From positions 215,208-279,207 of the forward strand of contig NW_018406776.1 of assembly GCF_002113885.1 (NCBI RefSeq): 64,000 bases of DNA, read 5' to 3'. Positions within the stretch are counted from its first letter, which is position 1, and every line of letters begins with the position of its first letter. The notes beneath the pieces were generated by a model. It was not told the origin of the DNA. It saw nothing but the letters and a program-made list of their open reading frames with translations, and did not search any database. The DNA comes from Mizuhopecten yessoensis. Its lineage: Eukaryota. This document shows positions 54,700-64,000 of the stretch, piece by piece. Position numbers and translations under genes: made by a program.

Positions 54700-57174
54700 A
54701 AAAGCAGTCGTCTTTGCCCTCTTCCTCCTACGCTTGGAGGAGCCAATAGCCTGCCTCTTCCTGCTAGCGCCCTTGCCTGCGGAGTTGTGGCGTCAACCTC
54801 AGATGCAAACGGGTCCAACCTCATCTCAGATTGCACTGAGGGAAGGACCCCGCCAAACAAATCCTCGCCAGTCAAGGGAGCCTCCAAAAGGGTCGCCCGA
54901 TAGGAATCGCCGACTGGCAGTCCAGAAAGGACCGACAACCGGCGGGCAACAACAAGGTGTGACATGGCAGCCGACAGTAAGGCCATCGCATCAAGATGTG
55001 CCTTGCAAATTGCCTGGCTGAGGCGCTCCATCAGTCCAACCTTGCTGGGGAGCTGCTCCACCGACTTGCAGCTCGCAGCCAGCAACGCAGAAGTAAACCA
55101 GTCTGCGTAGGACAGAACATGGAGAGCCAGCCTAAGGAGACGCTCCAACTTAGAGTGCTCCCTAGGCCCCATCACAACCTGGTCAACACAGCGTCCCGGC
55201 CACTTATCCAGATCCCTCTCAAGGGAAACAGAATTAGGGGCCAAGACTGGGTCGTGGATGCGGTACGTATCTGCAGCTAAATCTGCGATGTCCGCAACCA
55301 CGACCTGTAAAGCCGAGAGGGAAAAAGGCTTGCGAGCCTTGCTCACCTTCTGCTTTAATAAAGCGTTGACCTGAGCGAGGGACGAAGCCACGCCTCGTCC
55401 CTCCGCAAGAGACCTAGCAGAGGCCGAGGAGGCAGATGCTAGGGGAGGCAACATGCTCTGAAGGAGCGAAGTGCGCTCCGGGACGGCCGAATCCGTGGAA
55501 GGGCGTGGGCAAACCCCGTCCCCCAGAAGCTTCATAACTTCTGCACGTAAAGTGCGAAATGAAGCCGAAACCTCTGGAGGCACCGGATCAGCATCTCGGG
55601 GCCGGGATTGGGACACATCAGAAGGGCCTTCTGAGTCCAACCCAGACGAATCCAACGACTCTAAATCAGAGTCAGTAAACTCGCCGACTCTATCCTCATC
55701 CCGAGTCTCCGTAAAATTGGAGCAACCAGGAGAGCCCCGAAGAACGTCCCTCTCATCACTAGGAGAGGCACCCGCCGAATCCACCTCCATCAACGTCGCC
55801 CTCCGGGGAGGGGTGCGAGGAGGGGAAAGAGAACGTGACCTACCCGAGGGAACTATCGGGGCAATCGATAGTCCCTGAGGAACAGCAGGAGCAGGACCAC
55901 AAGACCCTGGAACCTGCTGTAAGGTAGGAGTTGACACCGGACAGCGGAAGTTACTGGTAGACTCAANTGAATTGATAAACTGCGTGCGCATCCTAACCCA
56001 AAAAGACGGAGTAAGTTAGACGATCGAACTAAACAGCCGGACGGAACAGCCGGACGGAGTAGCCGAACTAAACGACCCAATGAAATAATTGGACGATAGG
56101 GACGGTCGAAATAACCGAACGGAACGATTTAGCTGATACGAACGAAACAGACGAAACATACGAACGGTGCTCGAACGGTGAACGATCGCTTTCTAGACGC
56201 TAGACTACCGCTAACCGCACGCAAGCCGCACGCAGAACGAACTGAACCTAGGTGGATACTTGGGCGTAATTTTAACTGTAAAAAGGAGTCTGTTGACCCC
56301 AATGAGCTCCATTCCCACCCTGCAAATAGGTGGGATAAACCAGGGAGGACCCTGGAACAGAGCCACCAACCTGATGCCCGAAACCGGAGGCAGGACCGGT
56401 TTGGAGGGGCGGGGTAGGGAACCTAGGGCCACCTACACATCCGCCGCCATAAGCCACATCTGGCTGACCTGACCAACTCCACCCAGACTGACCTACAACA
56501 GGGCCAAAACCTGTAGGGACAGTAAAACAAGCAGCGTGCACCGGCAAAACCAAACGCAGCTGCGCTGGCACCTACCATAGGAAAACATGGAAAGGAGGCA
56601 CAAGAGATAGAGCTGGGAGCATAGGTTTTTACACCAGGGCTCACACCACCGTAAAATCCAGCCGGGGCTAGCGAGGCCGAGGCATCACTTACCACCGGAC
56701 CGGGCAGCAAATGCTGAACAGTGGTGGACGGCGTGCTAGACGCCATCATCACGTCAGGGGCTACATCAGGGATGCAAGGAACTCCGGGAGCAGACAAAAC
56801 TGCCGGGGGCCGGTCNGAGGGGGGGGGGGGGGGGGAAAGGTCCGGATCCAATGAAACAAATTGTTTCACAACGGCCCCGGGACGGGCCGAAACCGCCGAA
56901 ACGAACCCCAGGGAAGACTCAACAGAGGTCGAAATTCCGCTTGTGTTCTCCGAGGGCTTAGGCCTAGCCATAACCCTCGCCCCACCCCTACCCCTCCTAC
57001 CCGACTTACCTGCACGCCCTCGCGGGCGGGGAGAGCCACCGGCAGGAGTCGGCTGCCAGGCACGGCAAATGTCACACGGCTGCTCCAGAGAGTAATTCGA
57101 CAGTAAGGGTGGGGGTCGGAAGCCTCAAAAAAATGACCCCCAGAACAGCGCCTTTGAGAAGGAGGAGTCTCCAT
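54700..57174 (-). pseudogene. DIRS gag-like ORF (N-terminal Cys/His finger, Pro/Ser-rich linker, helical core), disrupted
   Basis: METPPSQRRCSGGHFFEASDPHPYCR, then (shifted frame) ITLEQPCDICRAW. Helical region LERLLRLALHVLSYADWF...RRLSVL...LLEAPLTGEDLFG. Confidence 0.75.
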
Positions 57175-57376
57175 CTCAAAGTAAACAAACCGTCAAAACG
57201 CAAACACGTGGCCGGAGCCTGGTCGCAAAACGGCGCAAAATAAAGCAAGACGCTAAATTAAAACAAAATAAAGTTATATAGTACTAAAGGATACGATATG
57301 TATGGTTACAAACAACGCCTGTAGCAGTTGGAACCCCGTAGAAACCAAAACACGTCCGTAAACACGGCCGGCTGAA

Positions 57377-57540
57377 GGAATTATGAAGCGGGAAGCATGA
57401 CTTTNTACTGCCGTCTGATTGGTGGGTTTTCCAGGGGCTCCCCATAGGGGTGGGGGGATTCTTTATTTACGTATGTAAAGAGCCAAGTAAGGTTGGAATA
57501 TGCATTATAATGACTGTGGTAACGTATTTTGAAATGGAAT
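57377..57540 (-). repeat. DIRS 5' ITR
   Basis: Inverted match to 52350-52513. Its outer end matches the second half of the ICR. Confidence 0.92.
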
Positions 57541-57710
57541 ATGTCTATCAATAAAATCAAACGCTTTTGTATAATCTATAAAACAACAATAGAGACTTTT
57601 TTTTTTTAAAGTACGATTAATGAAAGAGTGTAAAGCGAAAATGGCGTCTACAGTAGAAGCGTTTTTTCTAAATCCAAACTGGGCGTCTATTACTTAATTA
57701 TATTTCATTT
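57541..57710 (-). mobile_element. 5' remainder of the host LINE (5'-truncated within RT)
   Basis: DAQFGFRKNASTVDAIFALHSFI...LYCCFIDYTKAFDFIDRH continues as NVWYKMIKEG below 52311. Confidence 0.9.
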
Positions 57711-59939
57711 CAAACGATACGAATCGACCGGTTTTCCAGAAGAAACCTCAACAGGCTGTGGTTCCTTGACCGACCAAACACACGAATAAAATTCTTACCT
57801 CAAACTTGATAAAGAAAGAAACCGAGGATACATCAGGTTCTCAGGAACTACTAGCTTTCTGCTCCACAGGTTGAAACTTTACGATGATCCCTGTCACCAC
57901 ATGTGGCAGTCGTCCTGATACTCCCGTCAGATCCAGGAATGAATGAAGGTCACCAACTCTCTATATTCATTGCAGAAACTGAAATGTCAAAATTAGAAAG
58001 AAGGTCATGATGACGGCCTTATAAGTCGTTCAGTGAGGACCCTCAGCTAGGAAACTCTGGCTTATTAGTTTATTGGTCAACAGGACACAACTATCAAACA
58101 AATGCTGTTACAATTAAGTACCGACTCCACTATGTATAATCATGTGAGGACAAGTTGTTATACTACATAAATAAACAAACAGTCAAGTTTTTCAGATGTA
58201 GTTCACGTCAGATATGACATTAAAGACGAGCAGATTTTTGTAAAAGATTATCAAAAGCATTTGTAAAATATTATGAATGTGAAAAAAGAAGGAATGGACA
58301 CTGAATTAGAAATACATAAAAGGATGTCGGCACCTTTTCTGTTTTTAAAACGGAACAATTTACTTTTACCGTCAGTGGACGATAAAATATGATTTGTTTT
58401 AATTTAAAACAATATTTATTTTTAGTTACGCTTTTGCGTTGTATTAAAACGGGTCCAGGGCTTGTCTTTGGATGTTTCAGATTGAAATGTATTCATGATA
58501 TTTTATGATTGCAAAACAAGAGTTGGGAGAACTACTTGCTTTTTGTCTATCATGTAGAATGTACTTGGATGTTAATTCGCTGGTGTCTTACCTGTTGTAA
58601 TTTTCAAATAATCAAGGTAGGTACGTCCTGTTGACCAGTATCCTACTTTTACTATGAGGTACATTTTTATTTATAAATTAATCTTCCATTTAGAAACCCT
58701 ACAGTTGTTATCCTGATCTGAATTCCATCTATTAGATTTAATTTTCAGCCATAACCGAAAACTTGTTTAGTATCTGTTTGATTGTTGATGACTAGAGACA
58801 GCAGAACGGATGCCACATTTGTTTCAGTAAGCTTTTATCTTTCCGAAACTCTTGATTTTGTCTGGGTTTGATGAAATAGGTGTGTGACTTTCTCGGGTAT
58901 TATGATGTTGAACCCCGGTACATCCAACCAGGTTTCGTCACCTGTACCAAATTACACATTTTGTTTTTCCAAAATGCATTATGAAAACGATACTACCACT
59001 GTCGAACATATTACAATTTAAATCTAATTAAATTATTTCTGCTATGTACAGAAGCTGCCTACTTAACCTCAGGTTATGTATAATCATGATCTATGATATA
59101 TGCGAGAGACTACTTTGATATCTTATTGACTGTAACTTTTTTTTAAAGTTAATTTTCAACATCAATACATATATACAATTGTCATTAACCAAAAGGTTTA
59201 CGATCGAAATCCTCGTCTAATAAGGCCGTAAATCTACTATATTACACTTTTTCTCTATCTTCATACCCATTCACTGTTTAAATTTATAATCATTCTTGTA
59301 AAATACTTACTGTTTGTTTAAACATTTATCATTTGAGGTTAAGTTATTGATTAACAATAACCTCCTCTGCGCTGAACATAAATGTATTCATCTGCTATTT
59401 AATAACGAAATCTTTTAAAACCAAAAAGGACTTCTTCGGATAAATAAATGTACTTGTTATCAAATACAATTGTACGGAGAGTCAGTTAATTAAGTTATTA
59501 GTATTTAATAAATATATTTAAAAAAAACACACTAAATAACGTAAGCTCTAACCATCATGGTAATGTATCAAAACCAAACCCATGTTTCCATCGATAACTC
59601 CACACCCTATGTACAATGTGTCCTGAAACTATTCCCTAAACATTCGTCATGTTATGTAGTAGACTTGAGAACGGAGACGGATGGCGATAGAGTGATGTAT
59701 GACCTGAGAACCGTGGTTCGTATTTGATTTCCAATTAGAAAAGCAAGAGACAGCTGTTATTGATCTGTACGCTAAATGTCTCCACACACAATATCTTAAT
59801 ACATGAAAAGTGTAAACGTCCCAAATGTCACCTAGCCGCACTAACGAACACCAATATAAAGTACGTTTAGTAGATGGCAGAGTATTCTCCCTTTACGATA
59901 TAACCTCTTTAAAGTAAATACTTTGAATAGTCTATTTTC

Positions 59940-60430
59940 TATCAAGAAAACCATACAATATCGATTGTGTTTACTCTCCTGAACCTGAAATCAAGGACAT
60001 TGCATACGCTTCCTCATCAGTCGCTCTCCTCGATCTTAACTAACAACTTGACCAACAGGTACGGCTTAAATACTAAGGCCTACAATAAAGCGTGACCATG
60101 TCGATTTTCCGATTGAGAACTTCCCCTTAATTTCTATTCAGAGCTTGCTCCAAATATCATGATGTTCATAACAGATGCCGTCTACAGGCAGACAAGCTTA
60201 AAACATAGGGTTTCCAGGTTAATGAATTATATGGACAAAATCACTGATTGTCATAATGAGATATTTGAGAAATATGTTTATGTGAATAGTTTCAATAGTT
60301 TGAAACGTTGTTTTGTTGTCACTGCCTTAGTTCTCACATAGAGGACGTGCCATTTACACGGAAGATGTCAACAATGAAGCAGCAGACGCTTAAACGTCCA
60401 GACGCATGGTCTTATTTTAGGTAGTATTTA
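59940..60430 (+). mobile_element. Decayed Penelope-like RT fragment plus 3' end
   Basis: VYSPEPEIKDI...SSSVALLDL, then TKAYNK/RDHVDFPIENFPL, resembling the PLE motif IYPxELEIKDT...SYLDL...YDKRDDFxFPIVNFPF. Confidence 0.55.
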
Positions 60431-61689
60431 AGGGTCTGCATGGAAGCATTTCCTCTCTTCCTATTTGGCCATAGTTATCTTATCGATTTTAATTAGCTGA
60501 ATTATACGTCAAGCTAAAAGTTGAATAGATGGTTTTCAGAATAATGAAATAAATATTTAAAAAAATGTAGTATATGTATTGTATGTGAGGGGATCATCCC
60601 GAGATTATAGGCTCAAACATCGTCCTTTCTTTCCAATCACTGATAAGAAGTTAATGAGGTAATGTATCAGTAAGACAATAAAACATATCTAACCTGACCC
60701 AGATGCTATTTATTTACAGAAAACTATCATTCCTAATAATGATCAATACGATCTGACACAACTGCCCGAGATTTTTGCAAAGAGACAAATAATCTTTCTG
60801 ACGGTCTAATGGTGCTGACTTATACAGAGATATAATAAAAGGTGTTTTAATTAATATAACTCAAATTCATATTGGTGGTCTTCTTATATGTATTTTACAG
60901 ACAAATAAAATACGATATGATTGTCTGTAGATGGAAATATTTACACTTAAATAAAATACATAATAATGATCTAATTAAGTGTTTCGGCTTTTACAGACAT
61001 AATTACAGTTAACGTACTACGGGCGGCTTACTGCTATAGATTTATACATTCAAAACCCTTGCAATGTACTATGGACAACATGAAACGTAATACAGACAAA
61101 CACAAATGTAAATTCATAAATATTGAAAATCGCACTGGAAAGTCTAATAAACTAAAATATGGTATACAGAAGCTTTACAGTGTCATAGGCACAATGCATG
61201 TAATAAATCACATTCATCGATAGCCTAGAACATTAACCTTTCCAACGTATTGAAATTTAGGAATTTGAATGAATACAACTATAAAATATAACCATGCACA
61301 GGAATGTAGACACTTCGAGCTTTCGTATAATATGCCTCATACGTCATTCACCACTAAGATGTAGAACAGATTTTCCGACAATATTATGAAACAAAGATAG
61401 GAATATTGTTACGTTAGTTTAATTTATAAAGTACAAGGCAGATTTGCTTGAGTTTATTGATCCGACAGCTATAAATCACATTAATGAGAAACAGACGTAC
61501 TACCGAAAACAACAGCTCAAAAGCTCCGCTTTATATCGGGTAATCATGATCTAATCCTTACAGACTCTTGTAGAAGTTGTTTGTTCTAAATTACTCCTTT
61601 AACATTTTCAGAAACACAACAGGGCTTTATCTTACAAATCGTTCACTTAACCTCCAAACTGATCTGACGTGCGTGTCAGTAGCGGAGGG

Positions 61690-62841
61690 AACGCTTTGTA
61701 GTAGGTTAAATCGCTATCAGTGTTGTAGGTGAACACTTTGTAGTAGGTTATATCGCTATCAGTGTTGTATGGGAACACTTTGTAGTAGGTTATATCGCTA
61801 TCAGTGTTGTAGGGGAACACTTTGTAGTAGGTTATATCGCTATCAGTGTTGTACGGGAACACTTTGTAGTAGGTTATATATCGCTATCAGTGTTGTAGGT
61901 GAACACTTTGTAGAAGGTTATATATCACTATCAGTGTTGTAGGTAAACAATTTGTAGTAGGTTATATATCGCTATCAGTGTTGTAGGGGAACACTTTGTA
62001 GTAGGTTATATCGCTATCAGTGTTGTATGGGAACCCTTTGTAGTAGGTTATATCGCTATCAGTGTTGTATGGGAATACTTTGTAGTAGGTTATATCGCTA
62101 TCAGTGTTGTATGGGAACCCTTTGTAGTAGGTTATATCGCTATCAGTGTTGTATGGGAATACTTTGTAGTAGGTTATATCGCTATCAGTGTTGTATGGGA
62201 ACCCTTTGTAGTAGGTTATATCGCTATCAGTGTTGTAGGGAAACACTTTGTAGTAGGTTATATTGATATCAGTGTTGTAGGGGAACACTTTGTAGTAGGT
62301 TATATCGCTATCAGTGTTTTAGGGGAACACTTTGTAGTAGCTAGGTTATATCGCTATCAGTGTTGTAGGGGAACACTTTGCAGTAGGTTATATATCGCTA
62401 TCAGTGTTGTAGGGGAATACTTTGTAGTAGGTTATATATCGCTATCAGTGTTGTAGGTGAACACTTTGTAGAAGGTTATATATCACTATCAGTGTTGTAG
62501 GTGAACAATTTGTAGTAGGTTATATATCGCTATCAGTGTTGTATGGGAACACTTTGTAGTAGGTTATATCGCTATAAGTTTTGTAGGGGAACACTTTGTA
62601 GTAGGTTATATCGCTATAAGTTTTGTAGGGGAACACTTTGTAGTAGGTTATATCGCTATCAATGTTGTAGGGGAACACTTTGTAGTAGGTTATATCACTA
62701 TCAATGTTGTAGGGAAACACTTTGTAGAAGGTTATATATCACTATCAGTGTTGTAGGTAAACAATTTGTAGTAGGTTATATATCGCTATCAGTGTTGTAT
62801 GGGAACACTTTGTAGTACGTTATATCGCTATCAGTGTTGTA
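61690..62841 (+). repeat. 42-bp tandem satellite (about 27 units) with recurring 44-bp variants
   Basis: Unit aacactttgtagtaggttatatcgctatcagtgttgtagggg; 14-aa period FPYNTDSDITYYKV on the - strand. Confidence 0.97.
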
Positions 62842-64000
62842 GTTGTCTTTCGTTGCTTCTTCTCAGTGTCTGTATAAAAACACGTCACCACAGAACGTGT
62901 TTACTGCAACCGTGTTATATTGATAATAATCAACAGAGATTATTAATTTTTCGTTTCATGTTGTATTTAAAGTTTGATAAATCATTGAAAATGTCCAAGG
63001 GATAAACATTTTTGTTACTGTATCATAGCTATCAACATATACAGATTGTATAATTAACTTCAACAAAGGTATCAAATGTCATCTTAACATTATTGTATGC
63101 GAGGGTACATCAAACAAACGTATTGAGGAGTTACCTAATATTAATATGTAGTTAATAAACTGAGCGTATAGGTGATCTAACAACACTGTGAGAAAGTTAA
63201 ATATAATTACAAGTCACCTAATATTAATGTGTTGTGGAGTTACTACAATCTGTGTAAAATATGATTTATTTCATGTGTGAAACACAGTTAGTTGACTTAC
63301 CATATACATAAGTAAAAATAGACAATCGGACAGGTTGATTTTTTCTCTATTCACATGTATTCTGAGGTCGATTCTGCTGGAAATGTATGGGTCCTGTATG
63401 TCTGGTTTTTCATTTCAAATAATTACTTAATGAGTGATAAATTACTGTGGAAGAATTCAAAACTCAGATTCAAATATTTGTATGCAAATCTGCACTACAT
63501 GTTTAATAATGTAACGAGCGAGGTGATTCATCGCAGTTGAAATAGTCACCTATTTGATAGATTTGGTTCATAGCCCTTTGTGTAGTGATTTGACGTGCTG
63601 GTCAAACGTTGTGAGGACCGAGACTGTCAGATATGAAAAGTCAACGACAGGAACCGAGAAAGCATATCAACAAATGGAGAGGAATCATGAACGAAAAAAC
63701 CCGGATGACAATTAATTTCCTGTACCACGGCATGCTAAATATCGTCAGATTCAGGAAAGCAAGTAGATCATCAAATATCAAAGACATGTTCACCGTATTT
63801 ATCATAGTAGATAAACATTTTGGGACATCTTTGTCAGGATGACAACCATGGAACCGGTAAAATATACCTTGATTAAAAAGCGTATTTGTAGACACTTCGC
63901 GACTGATATATATGTAACCCCGATAGAAGACTTGTCAACCATCTGCGACTCTTTACTATCAAAGCAACAAAGAAAGGTTAATAACTGTTGAGGGAAGGAT

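Larger units (their letters stand above)
52312..57540 (-). mobile_element. DIRS1-like tyrosine-recombinase retrotransposon (ITRs, ICR, gag, RT, RNase H, start of MT, YR C-terminus), with lesions and 4 single-N gaps
   Basis: Non-identical ITRs at 52312-52513 and 57377-57540. ICR at 52570-52662 is complementary to both outer ends. No TSD. GC-rich, with the coding motifs listed below. Confidence 0.96.

Noticed and set aside
52893-55991. 1032-aa ORF as a single protein
   Set aside because: It spans two Ns and passes from gag through an off-frame stretch into pol via a lesion; the true RT N-terminus is in the 54083-54493 frame.
54526-57106. Several + strand ORFs inside the DIRS element
   Set aside because: Antisense shadows of GC-rich coding sequence with no motifs.
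57780-58900. Two short segments (about 57800-57915 on -, 58800-58890 on +) resembling mollusc Penelope-type 3' end repeats
   Set aside because: The similarity is recalled and weak; it needs a repeat-library search.
63641-63895. Minus-strand ORF with a TM5-like stretch (VFSFMIPLHLLICF)
   Set aside because: Too short and without other GPCR motifs. It is on the wrong strand to be exon 2.

Overview
AT-rich animal genomic DNA, probably a mollusc or other lophotrochozoan (inferred from the repeat types), not prokaryotic. There is one clear host gene: the first coding exon (TM1-TM5) of a class A neuropeptide-type GPCR at 28308-29057 (+). It is followed by an intron that seems to run past the window end. 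The rest is largely mobile DNA and tandem repeats: a GC-rich DIRS1-type tyrosine-recombinase retrotransposon (52312-57540, -) with ITRs and an ICR, inserted precisely into a CR1/L2-type LINE; a 5'-truncated Hero-type RLE retrotransposon; several decayed CR1/L2 LINEs; an L1/Tx1 tail fragment; SINE, MITE and Penelope remnants; and satellites of 57, 39, 36 and 42 bp. The most notable non-obvious signal is two unrelated fold-back elements (6055-6270 and 42538-42975). Each carries AATAAAC followed by a hammerhead-ribozyme-like core on both strands, and the intronic one also packs four perfect CRE sites. The 57-bp satellite contains an inverted triplication with microhomology junctions.
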